Origin: the human T2T-CHM13v2.0 reference genome, Homo sapiens
Reading direction: 5' to 3' (one strand)
Length of the DNA stretch: 64,000 nucleotides
Assembly (NCBI RefSeq): GCF_009914755.1
Contig: NC_060938.1
The notes below the pieces were generated by a model. The model was not told where the DNA came from and did no database searches. It saw nothing but the letters and a program-made list of their open reading frames with translations. Shown in pieces: positions 14,201 through 29,599 of this stretch (the first letter of the stretch is position 1; each line of letters starts with the position of its first letter). Both the position numbers and the translations under genes were made by a program.

Positions 14201-17200
14201 GCCTGTGAGCACGGAGCCAGGATCCTGGTGTGCTGCCTCTGTGCACCTAACCGTAGTACTGTGCACTTAGGTCCTCGGGGAAGGGCAGTTGACCAGGTAG
14301 ACAGGGCATCCTGAGCTCCATGCCTATTTGAGAAAGCCACTAGTTCTCCACAATCAGTGGACTCATGTGCCCCAATCCCATTCACGTGGCCAGGTCCAGC
14401 CTTTGGCAGCTGTTCCCGCCTCTCCCCCTCTCTCCTAAGCACGTGATTTATAATGTGGAACCCTGTGTGGGGAGAAATGAAGTGTCTGCTACAGCCAAAA
14501 CTTGGCTCCAGGAAGGCAGATATCAACTCACACACCCGATGATGGACAGCGGGACCTCTTGGTGCGGCGTGTTTACAGCTTACAAGGGTGAGTTGTGCGT
14601 ATTTCGAACTTGGCCCGGACGCCTACTTGCCCAATCAGCTTGTTGGGCGGTGTCTCTTCTGATTTAGAGCTCTGGATCTGCCAATTTGATTTCTGAAGCT
14701 AACTCTTAGGTTTGCCAAGTCTGCAGCAGGTCTGGGCTCACAGGATCTATGCACCGCAGAGCTAGGTCACCATTCTAGCCCCCCAACCAGAAACTACAGA
14801 TGAGGAGCTGAGACTGAGAAAGGGAAGGTGCTGGCCCCAGGTCACAGCACATGAGGGAGAACGAAACCCCTGGGGGCTGTGGTCTGTTGCCTGTGTTCAG
14901 GGCTCAGCTTGGCCTTAGGTCCTTAGGCAAAGGACCTAAATCTTGTCCTCAGTTTCCTGGTCTGCAAAGTGTGGGTGATAATAATACCTACCTCACAGGG
15001 TGGTTGTGAGAATCAAATCAGCTATGAGCCAGAGGGGCGGTGAGCAACTTTGAGCAGTACCTGGAGCTGTCTCATGTCCATGACCACAGTGAGCTAGCCC
15101 AGAGTATGCCCTCAGTGTTTGTTGAGTGACTTCATTAGTGTGAAGGGCTTCATGGACTGTCACGTGTGGAGGACATGCTGCTGGTTATGTTCATTAGTGC
15201 TCCGTAACAGGGCTGGGTCCCTTGAAAGCCAGGAATCCCACCAACCCTGTCCATGGGCTGGAGGGCCTCCTTGATGAAGAATGTCCTGTCAGCTTTCCTT
15301 AGTGACAAATCCAGACTTCCTACTCACGTGATTTAAGGGAGATAATGATGGTTTGAGCAAGAACCACCCAGCTGTCAGGTGCTGTGGTGTGCAGCCGACC
15401 CACCCTGGACACTTATTGCTTGTCTGGTAGTCGAGGCACTTATGAAGCCCTGGGTCTCGAGAATCAGCCCCTGTAGGAATGAGGCCCCTGGGGCTTTGGG
15501 GAGGATGGGATTTGGATGAGCCCAGCAGCATCTCTGCTCTGCAGCACAGAAGCACAAGGAAAATTCTCAGCTCCTGGGGCTGATCTGGGAGGAGCCCAGA
15601 AAGGCCACATGGCCCTCTCGGTGCTGCTGCAATTTCCAGAGACAAATGATTCTGGCAATAAGAACTCAGAAGTTGGACAAGGCCTCAGAATGGCTCGTCC
15701 TGGCCGCTTTATGGAGAAAGAGACAGAGGCCCAGTGAGTAGAGGGGCTGGCCATGTAACACCACAGGCCAGCCTAGAACTCAGGTCCTCCTGTTCTCCCC
15801 AATCACATTCTGGGGAGAGGGTCCAGGTTCCAGGAAGTAGGCACTCCAGATGCTGTCATGGAGCAGGGAGGATGTTCTCAGCACAGGGGCTGCTCTGCAA
15901 GACTCCATCTAGTTTAAAGGGATGGCTGTGCCTCAAACAATGCAGTACGTAGCCTGTGCAACTGTACACAGCAGCCCTAGTTGGAATCCACATAAAAGAG
16001 ATGATGCCGACAGTGTCAAGGGCATGTCCAGAAGTGACCCATATGCAGTAGAGATGTCCCCAGGTCCTTGTTAGCTGGCTTTTTCCTTAAGGAATGGGGA
16101 TACTACCCAGTTAGTCAACTTCAGAAAGTCCATAGTGGAAGGGCCTTTGGAGGCCTCCTCCTCTGGACTCTTTACGACATAAATAAGGAAACTGGGGCTG
16201 AAAGAAGAGCAGGGACTTATCCACAATCACACGTTGAGTTGGTCTCACTTTCTCTTCACCAGCTCTGCTGAGGACCCCGCTATGACTCTGGATGTTTCCA
16301 TGAGCTGGCTGTGGTCTCACTCACACTGGGGCCACCTGTCACCCCACACTCCTGGCCGCCTGTCCACCTCTGCACCCCTCCTCTTCCATCCATTCTGCAT
16401 GCCCTTGCTGAGGAAACTTTCCCCAATACCAACATCCTAACATTTCTCCGGCTCCTCTTGCCAGTTCATTCTCCTTCCTGCTGCTCCGGATTCCTCTTCT
16501 AAGGGCCGTCTGGAAGCTCCAGTCACCCCCGCACAAGCCGTCAGAGCCTCTCACGCCCTGACGCCTTTGCTGTCCTGCAGGCTTCCCCCTCCCCCGTTCC
16601 TCCTGGTACCCCAGCCTTTCCAGCCAGCCTGGTTGCCATATGACCCGTGGCCCATCTGCTCCTGATGTGAACCTGTGTCCCACGGATCCTGAATCCTGAA
16701 TACCATAGTCACCTGGCGTTGCCTTCCACTTCTACTCCCTCTTCCTCTGCCCCGGCCCCTGGGCTTCACCCAGGGGATAGTAATGGTCACTGTCTGGCCT
16801 CTGTGTCCCCAGTCTCTGCCCTTGTGGAGTTGAAAAGCCTTCAAAGACCCTTGTGGGTTTCTATGAGAAATCCAAACCTCTGCGTGGCTTAAGAGGCTTG
16901 TTCAGGTCCAGGGCCAGGCCATGCTGAACTCTCTCACCCCGTCGCTCGTCACTGCTCCCCTCTCTCCAGCTATATCCAAATGTGTGTCATTCTCATCAAG
17001 CTTTTGCAGGCTCTGCCCCTTCCACACTCTGCTCACATTTCCCAGAGCCCCCTCTCCTCTCCTTCACCTGCTCTTTACCCCGAAACACTCAGTTCAAATG
17101 CCCCCTTCTCCAAAAGGCATTCCCAAAAACACCCTGGGCGATTTTAATACCTGAAGCGCCAAGAATCTCAACCTTTTCCACCGTTCCAAGGCAGTCACAG

Positions 17201-17733
17201 GAGGACACATGTCCATGGGCTGGGCCGGGTTTTTGGCATGGTTGCTCTAACTCCTCACCTAGAACATTCTAGGAAGCCTGTCATGTCAGTAAGGCTGATG
17301 TATGTATAGGAATAACCTGACTTCCACTTTGATTTGTAGAGTGAATCATGGACGTCAGTCTTGGAGCAGTGCCCGGGCACACCTGCTTTGCTGGGAAACT
17401 CACGGTGGATTGCAGCCCCCGGGGGGTGCCACACCCCACTGTTCCGCCACCACTTTCCAGGCAGGGTTGTAACTGATTGCATGTCGGCCTCCTGCTGGGC
17501 TGTTAGCCCCGGTGTGTGAGGCATCCTGGTGACGTTCCTTCTGCTCTTTTGGTGGAGGCAGTTGTGGTGGGGTGGGGATAGCACTGCGCTAGGGCCAAGG
17601 GTCCCCATGGCTTCTCCCCTTGGGATGGCAGAGGGAGGGAGAGGCCCGCTCAGGGACCCGCTCACTCTAGACCTTCTGTTTCTGACTCTGGAGGGATGGG
17701 CTCAGAGCTGTGCTTGTTAACAAGCTCACAGCG

Positions 17734-18039
17734 GGCTGGGCACGGTGGCTTACTCCTGTAATCTCAGCACCTTGGGAGTCCGAGGCAGGGGGATTGCTTG
17801 AATCTAGGAGTTCAAGACAATCCTGGGCAACATAGAGAGATCCCATCTCTACAAAAAATGTAAAAACTAGCTGGGTGTGGTGGCGTTTGCCTGTGGTCCT
17901 AGCTACTCGGGAGGCTGAGGTGGGAGGATCACTTGAACCCCAGAGGTCAAGGCTGCAGTGAGCCATGATTGCATTGCATCACTGTACTTCAGCCTGGGCA
18001 ACAGAGTAAGACACTGTCTCAAAAAAAAAAAAAAAAAAA
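17734..18039 (+). mobile_element. AluJ
   Basis: Full dimer with gaggtcaaggctgcagtgagccatgattgc and A tail. Confidence 0.92.
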
Positions 18040-19318
18040 TTCCAGGGGAGTTGGGATCTGGCATTCTGGCATTTGGGAACTTTTGGGTCGCCATTCCCAC
18101 AAGGCTTCACATCCATCATTGCATAACTCTGCGGCAGAGCAAGTGGCTATGGATACACCTGTTCACAGGTAAGGGAGGCTCAGAGATGGGGGTCTTGCTA
18201 GAGGCAGCACAGTTAGGCTATGTGGCATCTGAAAAGACACACCCGAGCCTCTCTCCCCAGTACCCCTGCGTTTCTGCTCCTGCACCCCTGAAATTTGAAG
18301 ACCTGAATGTTCACTATTGCACGGACTAAATTTACAGCGGGGAGCAGACGGGGGAGGTGGGGAGCGGACTCTGAGTTCTCTCCATTATGTTGCAGGCCCT
18401 GGAAGTTGAGCCGGGCTGTTTGGATTATGAAGCCAGAGTCGGCAAGGCCTGGGCCACCTGGTGGCTACTCTGGGAACTGCAGGCAGGTACCCAGGAAGCA
18501 ACAACAGGCCTGTTGTGGACCCCTATTCTGCACGGGAGGCAAAGGCCACTCTGCTTGTTATGATGACTGAACAACTGCACAGAGGCACCAATGCCCATTT
18601 GAGGAGCTGGCTCCTTTTGATTCAGGTTTAGAAATCTAAAGTCTCCGAGTCCGGCCTGGCTGGGCTCCAGGCAAGTTGGGGCTCTTCTGGACCTGTTTCC
18701 CGTCTGCTGGTGAAGAGGCTGGATTTAATCTCTGGGGAGCCTGCTTGGCTCTGAAAGTCTTCTATGGCATGAGTAGGGACAACTGATGACAATTCAACAC
18801 AGCAAATTCTTGTTCAAGTCCGAGTTTCGGGATTTGGGGAGGGGTCCTGCACACCTTGAGCTTGGAAATGTGCTACCCCACCTCCTGGGGAAAGAAAAAA
18901 GACGGGCTGAAATGAGCCCAGTTCTCCTCTTGGACTCTCGTGCTCGCCAGGCGTTTTTCAAAGATGTTCAAATGAAAGCATAATTGAAAAATGAGGCTGT
19001 AACTCCGGGAGAAGGGGTGGCAGGCCCAGGGCTGCTGACTTAATCACGCCGCCTAATGTCATTACCTCTGTGTTAATAACCGGTGTGGCGGCCGCAGGGA
19101 AGGAGCCCTTCACTGTGGCTCAGACACTTTCCAGCTGACGGGGCTTTTCTTCTTCTGCTGTTTTTCACTGCAAACAAATGCCTTTCTCCATTCCAGAGAA
19201 TTCCCTGGAGTGAGGTAAACATATGAGTGCAAATGGGCTTTTTCTTCTTCTTTCTGAAATTCTTGAGCAGGAAAAAGATGTGCAGGGCTGTATCCTGGGA
19301 CAAGGGATGGCCGGTGCT

Positions 19319-19497
19319 CAGCAAAGTCCCAGAGACCAGCCCTTCCCCTCCCATCAGCAAGGCCCAGAGACCAGCCCTTTCCCCTCCCATGAGCAAGGCC
19401 CAGAGACCAGCCCTTTCCCCTCTCATCAGCAAGGCCCAGAGACCAGCCCTTCCCCTCCCATCAGCAAGGCCCAGAGACCAGCCCCTTTCCCCTCCCA
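19319..19497 (+). repeat. Minisatellite, ~36-bp unit x5 (cagcaaggcccagagaccagccctttcccctcccat)
   Basis: Five near-identical tandem copies read directly. Confidence 0.95.
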
Positions 19498-20495
19498 GGC
19501 TGGGAGACAGGAGACCCAGAGCTCACCTCGGGGATGCGCGCCTTTCTCTCTCTCCTCTTTCTCTCCTCACTCTCAAGGAAACGCTCTCGTGTCCCCTTCC
19601 TTCCCCTCAATCATCCCCTCCTCTCCCTTCCCCTCCTTTTTACCAAAAACTCACTGGACAGTGGCACCATCCAGACCAGAAAAGCAAAGGCTGGGGGACT
19701 GCTCTGGGCTCCACCCTCCCCCAAATGCTGGGCTCTTCTGGGCTCCAGCCCAGCCTTTGCCTCCTTTTCATTTTGGGAAATTTGACAAATGCAGAAAAAT
19801 CCTAAAAGGAAAATGACAACACCCCATATCTCCACTGCTCTGAATTAACCACTGTTAATATGAGACATTAATATATACTTATATGTGGCATTTTCACTTC
19901 TAGACATTTTTTAAGGAAAAACCACTCTCTTCTTTATTATTAAACAGGATACATGCACATTTTAAGGAAGTCAAACGATCAGAAAAGTAAAGGGAACCAA
20001 CCACCGCCACTGATTCCCACCACCCAGAATTTGCCGCTGCTATTTTGGTGTCTTTGCTGGTAGTCATTTTGCTATGTGCAAATTAAAGAAATGAGACAAA
20101 TAGCATATACATCTATTCTCTTTTAAAAATTAGAGTTCTACAACACAATTAGAATCCCCTTTGTCCACACACTTTATTCTCGTGAGCCCGAGAAAACCAC
20201 TGCTCTCAGGCTGTGGCTGCCCTTGGAGCCCATTGTAAGCACATTTACACACAAGTATGAATCCAGAGAAAACACGAGGTGTCATTTTGTGCTTTGTTTC
20301 TATCATGCCCTATCATTTTCAACTTGCTTTGTCCTCTTAATCTGTTCTGAGCTCTATTTTCACTGCTCCCTACATACTGCATTCTCCCACTCTCCTCCCC
20401 TCCCCCTCCCCTCCTCATGGGGCTGCCTCCTCTCTTGTCCTTCCCTCATGGCCCTGGGTGGAGAACATGCCTGCTGCCACCCAGGCCCACCTCTG

Positions 20496-20541
20496 AGCTG
20501 CTCCGCCTCCCAGCTGCTCCGCCTCCCAGCTGCTCCGCCTC
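20496..20541 (+). repeat. 16-bp tandem repeat x~3 (agctgctccgcctccc)
   Basis: Read directly. Confidence 0.9.
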
Positions 20542-20888
20542 TGGCCTGCGTTCTCCTTTAGTGCTCATCTGCTTCCGCTATCATATTATGAGCCAATTAT
20601 CTGTTCTTCTCTTGGGGTTACAATCACCGCCTCTCTGTTCTTGGTACCTAGCCCAGTGGTGCTCATTAAATGTTTATTAATGAATGTGAATTAAGCCACT
20701 TTAATTGAGCTGCTGCCAAACCTGGATTTGCCTGCATACCTCCAGGGACAAGGGGCTCACTACCTAGATTCAGGTAGCAGCAGTGGGCTATCCAGCTGTG
20801 GCAGGCGGGGATCTCTAGCAAGGGTGTGCTTCCAGCTTGGCACACGTACTGCGGGGTGGAGAGGGCAGGTACACTGGAGTGAGACTTG

Positions 20889-21297
20889 TGTAGGGGGTTG
20901 AATTGTGTCCCCTAGAAAGATAAGCTGAAGCCCTAATGCCAGTACCGTGAATGTGACTTTACTTGAAAATAAATGCAATGAAGTTAAGGTGAGGTCATAA
21001 AGGATTAGGGTGGGCCTTACGTTCTTTACAAGAGAAAGGAAAGAAATTTGGATACAAAGACACAGACTATGTCTGGATGCAGGCAGAGAGTGGAGTCACT
21101 GCAGCTCTAAGCCAAGGAAGGCAGAGAATTGCTGGCAACCATCAGAGGCTAGAAGAGAGGCAAGGAAAAATTTTCCTCTAGAGCCTCCGGAGAGAGCTTG
21201 GCCCTGCTCACACCTTGATTTTGGTCTTCTGGCTTTCAAAACTGGGAGAGAATAAATTTGTCATACGTGGTTATGGCGGGCCTAGGAAACGAATTCA
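20889..21297 (+). mobile_element. MLT1B/C MaLR LTR
   Basis: gggttgaattgtgtcccc...gtgaatgtgac...aagccaaggaa...ctagagcctccggagagagc...gagagaataaatt. Confidence 0.85.
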
Positions 21298-21645
21298 GCT
21301 TGTGATGCCACAAAAACTAACTGATGCAGCCACTGATGGGTTACATGTGACCTGAACAGGGCCAATGAGACTGTGCGGGACTGCCAGCTGCTCCCCAAAA
21401 GCCACTTCTCTTCTTCCTGAGCAGATGGCCAAGCTCAGCGTGGCCATGTGACTGGGGCCAACTTAATGGTTCGTGTAGGAGGCGGAGGGGCCGCAGCTGG
21501 GAAGAAGTGGGCAAGTCACTGTCTGCTTTTCTTTTCCCTTCCACAGGCTGGTTGCATGTGCCATGGCCTGGGGCAGGAGCAGCAAACCGAGGCCTGCAGG
21601 ACAAGTGTGGCCTGTGGTCCTGTTTTTGCCCAACCCACAAGTTAA

Positions 21646-21955
<310 letters not shown>

Positions 21956-21986
21956 AAGAATGGTTTTTACATTTTTAAAGTATTGT

Positions 21987-22088
21987 GAAAGAAGAAAGAA
22001 AGAAAGAAAGAGAGAAAGAAAGGAAGGAAGGGGAAAGAAAAAAGAGAAAGAAGAAAGAAAGAAAAAGAAGAAAAAGAAAGAAAGAAAA

Positions 22089-22148
<60 letters not shown>
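21987..22148 (+). repeat. Polypurine tract ending in perfect (GAAA)n
   Basis: ~160 nt of only A/G. Confidence 0.97.
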
Positions 22149-25100
22149 CTGTGACAGAGACCCTCAAAGCCGAAAATGTTGACTCTCTGGCTCTTTCCAG
22201 GAAAAGTCTGCAGACTCCTGCCCTAGGGGACAGTGAACCACAAGACGGAATGAGTCAGGTCCTTGAGCAACCACATGGAGAAATGACCAGAAAGGCCCAC
22301 CACTGATATTACATGACAGCAAAATGCAGTGTTATAGTCTGAGCTGTTACAGCAGAATTTGAGGTCTATTTGTCATAGCAACTTAGCCTTGCCTAACTAG
22401 TACAGAGACAAAGTGAGATTTTCACTTAGACTTCTGGAAAAGAGATTATTTTTGCCACCTACATCTATACCCTGAAACTAGGCAGGCACAAAACTGGTTG
22501 CCCATCCCGCTACAAGTGAATCCTGGGACGTAAGCCTGCAGAGGGAAGGCGTGTGGAAGAATTAGAGAGCAAACTGATTCCAATGACATTGTTTGAACCC
22601 TGGAGCCAGCTGTACCTGCAGCTGACCCTACCTTCTCAGCTTACAAGAGCCACTGACTTCTCTCTTTTACGTAAGACAGTTTGAAATTGTTTCTGTTACA
22701 TTCAAACAAAAATATTCCTAACCTAGTTTGGTATTATGAGAGCAATAACTTTAAATCTGCTATCATTCATTCAGAAAAAGAATACATCATTCACAGACTT
22801 TGGTGTTTTAAGTGCTAGCTCTCATTGATACAATGAATGAGATAAGATGAGACACATCTCCTAACAAATAGAAATTCACAGGGTGTGCTGAAGGCTATGG
22901 CTTGGCACAGCTGCTCTGGAACCACAACACTGACTTCAGGAGCAAGAGATGAGAGTCGGAGATACCACTTAAGAGTCTGTCTTTATGCAGCTGATCAAAG
23001 TGACAAGCTCATTCACAGCCTAATGTGGCCTGATGGCTAAAATAAATGAAGGGGGAAAAGCAAGCGTGGAGCTGTGGTCAGACTGCGTGTGCCCCCGTTT
23101 GTGTACAAACAAGTGTCCTTAAGACGGGAGGCATCAGGGAATGTCTATACCACTGCTTGGAGCTACCCAGACCATCTTTGGAAGGAGACACCAGGAACTG
23201 GAAACAGTGGCTGCTTCCAGGAGGGTCCCTGGAGGCTGGGGCCGGGGAGGGAGTGGGACTCTTTTTACTATCCATTCTTTTGCATCTTGACAGAATGGAG
23301 CTGGGGCAAATGCATGTTGTGACTCTCCCCAGCCATGGGGGCAGATGGAGGCCCCAGAGGCAACAGGAGGCCCAGGGTTTGGGATCTGAGACTTGTGTTT
23401 AACCCATGACCATGAATGACCACCCAGAAATGAACCAGTGCGGGCCGCCTCTCAGGCATCTCAGCTCATATGAGGACAAGTCCCACTGCTGGGGTCAGAG
23501 AGGCCAGGGCTTCTCACTAAGTCAGACGCGACCCAGAAAGACCAAAATGTCCTTGATCGAGAAGCTGAAAATAGTTGCTGTGACTCATCACACATGATGG
23601 ACATGTCCTGTGGCCCCAGCAGGGCCTCTGGGTTGTGTCCCCAGCTCCTGTGTGGCCCCTGTTCAGGAGGCTAGGGAGCGACAGGGGGCAGAGCCAGAGG
23701 ACGGGCTGTCCTGCGCCTTCACCTCAGGGCTGCCCTGGACGTCCATCCTCCAGGCGGGAGCTCCTGCTCAGACGCTGTTGTAGAAGAGGTGCCGCCGTCC
23801 TCTGCAGGGGAGGCAGCTGCCCATGGCCTCTCAGTTTCCTGCATCTTCTGGAGACAGAGGCTGAGCTGCTCTGTGCCCCGTTCAGTCCACTTGTGAGGCA
23901 GGCTCCGGTGCTGAGGCTCAGCCTTTTGAGAACAGGAGGCCTGGCTCTTTGGAAGTGGCGGGGGTGAGGAGTGCAGACTGACAGGTGAATGCTGGGTTCC
24001 TTACAGACCATAACAGGGCCACAAGAAAAGGCCAAACAATGTCCAGGCCAGGCTGTGTGCAGAAGCAGGGTTCATAAGGAGGGAGGGTGGGGCCTTCATG
24101 CCTGCCTCAGCTCCCCTTCCACATGACGGTCCCTGGGGGCTGTGTCCCCCACAGGCATTTCCTTCAATCTCCAATGGGTCCTCTTCCACCCGGAACTGCT
24201 GCTTGCCCCATCTCAGAGCCCACCAGCTCAATCCCCCCTCACTGGGCCGGGCCTCGCTTCTCTGCCCAGGATATGGAAGAGACTAACAAAGTCTCTTCCA
24301 AGGATGACCCATACCTTTGCCTACCCTTGAACTCAAAATCCTCTGCAGGCTTGAGCATGAAAAGCCATCACCATCCTCACTCCCTGGGACTAGCCCCCCA
24401 TCCCTGCCTGCTCCTCTGGCAGGGGCACCTCGGGAGAACCAATTTCCCCAGGCCCACCCCATCAGGATGTCAGGTGGGACTGGGCCAGCTGACATCAGGA
24501 GTGACTACCTGACACTCCACTGCCCATCTTCCACTCCCACCACATTAAGTACCAGGGCACACAGTAGGTGCTCAGTTTGAGCTGCTGTTAAAAAACTACT
24601 GGCTGACATCAACTGAGCACTTACTGAGGCTGGAAGCACTGTGCGGCCTTCTGCGTGGGCCACAGTGAGCGGACCTCTGAGCTTTGAGCCAAGCCCAAGC
24701 CCTGCAAAGTACCCAGGAGGAAGGGCTCTACCTCACTGGCTGGGTGACCCTGGACCAGGCCTCCATCTCTGCACCACAGTCTCCCATCTGGAAAACAATG
24801 CATCAGGAGGATTTTCCTAAGATGCACAGTCATGAAAAGGCATTCTTTAGCCACCACTGCGGTACTGACCTGTCCCACACCTGAGTCTGCACCTGAGCGT
24901 TTGCTAGGGAAAGGCTCTCCATCCTGAGTCCATGAGAATTTGGGTGCTGGCTGTCTCTGATTGTCAAGCTCCTCTCCCGAAATGGCAACTCCCTCTGTCT
25001 GCCTGAAACGTGTACAAACACACTGCGGTACCAAGATGAAGCTGGGTGAGCTTAACTTGCTGTTCGCTTAACTTGCTTCTCAAGGGGGCCCGAGGGTGGT

Positions 25101-26254
25101 GATGACATCAGGGCAGGGCTTGTGATCTTAGGGCCACTGTAGGAAGAGGCATTCCCAGCTTCTAGGGAGGGAGAGGGAGGAGGGGACTATTACAGAATGG
25201 TGAAAAGCCAGAGGGAAGCCCTCGGGGCTGTGGGAGCACCGAGGGGTTCATCAATCCTGGACTGGGGGGTTGGTCTAGAGTGTTTGCTGGAGTGAGCGAT
25301 ACTTAGACTGGGTCTTGAGGGATGAGTAGGAGTTTGCCAGAAATGAAGTAGGGGTATAGCTGTAGGTGGAGGGCATGACACTTACAAAGGTGGAAAAATG
25401 AAGGACAGTGTGGGGACTCCCGGGACATAGAGTGGACTCTCTGGCCATGTATGTCTGTCCCTGCTCTCTGGACAACTTCAGAGAACTGGCATATGGGCTG
25501 GGAGTGGGGGTGGTGGACGGAGGTGAGGCTGGAGGGGCCAGGAGCACCGTCTTTCTTCTCTTCCCGGGGTTGGTCCACCTGCCCCCAGCTGCAGACAAGC
25601 CCCATACTAGGCCTGAGGCCCAAAGGTCACCTTGCTCAGGAATCTGTCTGCCATAATGAAGGAGCCGCTACTCCCTCCCCTGACTCCATCTCCTTCTGCT
25701 GCCTCAGTTCCATGCTCTGCCCCATCTCGCCAGATTCCTGCGGCAACCCTGCACTGGTTCCCAGCTTCAACCAAACCCCACCCTCCACATGGCCCTGGAC
25801 GACCTTCTTCGTGCATCCTTCACTTGTGAAGAGCCCCTCAAGGAGGCGGCATCACCTTCAGGATGTGATGGACGCACTCACAGGCAGGAGGGGAGGCAGG
25901 TGGGACCAGACCCTAATGCTCCAGGAGACAGGGACAGTTCAAATCAAGGGCACCTAGGACCTCCGTGATGCCAGATCCCAGGCTGTGGCTGCACCTGACC
26001 CCACAGCAGCGTCAGCCAAGCTTGATCCCACCCTGCTCCTGAGGCTGCTTCTCCACTTGATTGCTGGACACAGGGGGCTCTCCTGGTTTCACTCCTTGTT
26101 CTCTTTCACTTCCTCCTCCACATGCATGTTGTCTGCAGCAGGAATGAGTCCTGGCCCTTTCTTGTCCCTCCTCTCTGGGGCAATCTTCTAACAGTGGAGG
26201 GAGTCAGCCTAACCGACTCCATTTTGCCTCTGCCCTCATAGTAAAACCTTTTAG

Positions 26255-26799
<545 letters not shown>

Positions 26800-26821
26800 C
26801 TTTAGGTTAAAAACTTCTGCT

Positions 26822-27156
<335 letters not shown>

Positions 27157-27661
27157 CTAGCTAATTACTTGCAGTTCAACTTTAAGAAAATAATGATAAC
27201 AGCCCCTTTCCAAAACTAACTCCCGAGGAGATAAGGACGTGTACACACGAGGAATAGTATTTCGTTAAAGATTTATAGGAACACTGTGGCCTGACCTACT
27301 TCATCTGAACTGAAGTCAACTGACCAAGAACAAAGATGTTTCACAACCTCCTCAGACCCTTGCTCACACCCACATGGCTGTGGTCGTCGGTCACTTCTTG
27401 ACCTCAACTCCCTCCTCTTCCCTTCTTGACATTAAAGGGAGCCTGAAGTTCCTACTAACTTAAGAAGGTTCTTTAGAACACTAGTCCACCATCTTCTCTG
27501 TTTGCTGGCTCTCTGAGTGAAGTCGCTTTCCTTACCCCAACACCTTGTCTCTCAACTTACTGGACTTACTGGCTGTTGGGCGATGACTGGTATGAGCTTG
27601 AACTCAGCTAGACTCTCATCCTGGCTTCAGATGCCTACACACTGCGGACTCCCACACCTGA

Positions 27662-28081
<420 letters not shown>

Positions 28082-29599
28082 TGACCAGAACGGAACTTTG
28101 GATTCCTTCCCCGAAGCTGGCCTCTCCCACAGCCCCTGTTTCCTCAGAAAACAGCCCTTCTGTTTACCTAGTGGCTCGGGTCAAAACTGAGGGGTTACCT
28201 TTGATTTCTCCCTCTCTTGAAAGCCCCACACTCACCCTTGTCCAGGGAGCTCTACCTGTAAGGGCCTCACCCTCATGCCAGGCTCCAGCTTGACATTCAG
28301 GTCTCAGCTGAAGTGTCCCCAGGGCCTCCCCGACCTGTCCATGGCCCTGTTGAATCCTCTGCCTGGGGCCCATCGCTGCCGGAAGCTCTGTTTGCTTAGT
28401 TAGTGTCTGTGCCTCCCCCACAGTGGAATGATCTGGGGCCTTCCTGGGGTCCTGCCACATCCCCACCTCCAGGAGATGACCCGGCACTGAGCAGGTACTC
28501 CAGGTGGGTTTGCTGTGGAGCAGGTGGAGGGTCCAGGAGTGCTCAGGACTGGGAAGGGGACACTGCTTTGGAGGAGCAGGGAAAAGAGCTCAGGCAGAGA
28601 GAATGAGGGTGGGCGGTAGAGGGGACCAGTGGGGGAGGCCACATGCCAGACCCCCGGGGCTGATGCTGCTGCAGCCCTCAGAGCACCCTCTTGGAATGCT
28701 GTCTTCGACTCTAGCCTTTGCTTTCACCGTGGCCACAAGCCTCCTGTGCCACCACACACTCACATTCTGATTGAAGCCCCTCTCTTCACCATCTCGGAAA
28801 GCAGCACTGCCGATGACCTCTCTGCACGTGTGGACTGGCTAAAGTCCTTTGCCACGCCTCCTAATGCTGCAACTTAATCATCTGTGTCTCGGTCTCACTC
28901 GCTCTTGGGGTGCATCCTCCCTGGGGTCCTGAGAGCCCAGCTTCCCCACCCATGTCAACATGAAACCATTGACCAGCTCCTCCCGGGGGCTCCAGACTCT
29001 GCAGTTGGAAGAGGCAAAAGTGCCCTCTGCTGGCCACTGGCTGGCTCCCTGCACCCCAGAGCAACAATCAGGAGTTGAGAGATGAGAAGCCAAGCTCAGC
29101 CCTTGTCCCTAACCCTTCTTGTCCTCCCCAACCCCACCCATCACCCGCCCTGTGTTCCCCCAAGTGCACATCTCCCCTCCTGGAACCCTCCTCTTCAAAT
29201 CTTCCCTCTTGTTCTTCCACTGGTTCATCCACACCCAATCTACACCCCATCCACACCCCCATCATCTGTAAGACTCAAGTTAGTGTCACTTCCTCCAGGA
29301 AGCCTCCCCAGACTTCATCCAGGGGAACTGGCCTCGCCTGCCTTCTACTCTTGCCGTCCTTATGAGGACACTCCTCACAGTTTCTGCCACTGCACGGTCC
29401 TCATCTGTCCATCTGCCTCTCCCTGCAGGCGACTGCACTCCCTGGGGATGGGGACAATGGCCCTGATGTCCTCAACACCCAACCTAGAGCTGTGCAGGGC
29501 AGAGGCTCGCACGGAAAATGTTTGCTGAATGAAGTCAACTGACTTCGGAGGTTCTGAGCAGGACTTCTCTGAGGTGGGTGCCCTGGAGCAAAATACAAT

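Noticed and set aside
19073-19816. ~190-aa ORFs with repeats, and a CRISPR-like 36-bp period
   Set aside because: Head-to-tail minisatellite with no unique spacers and no cas genes, in eukaryotic context.
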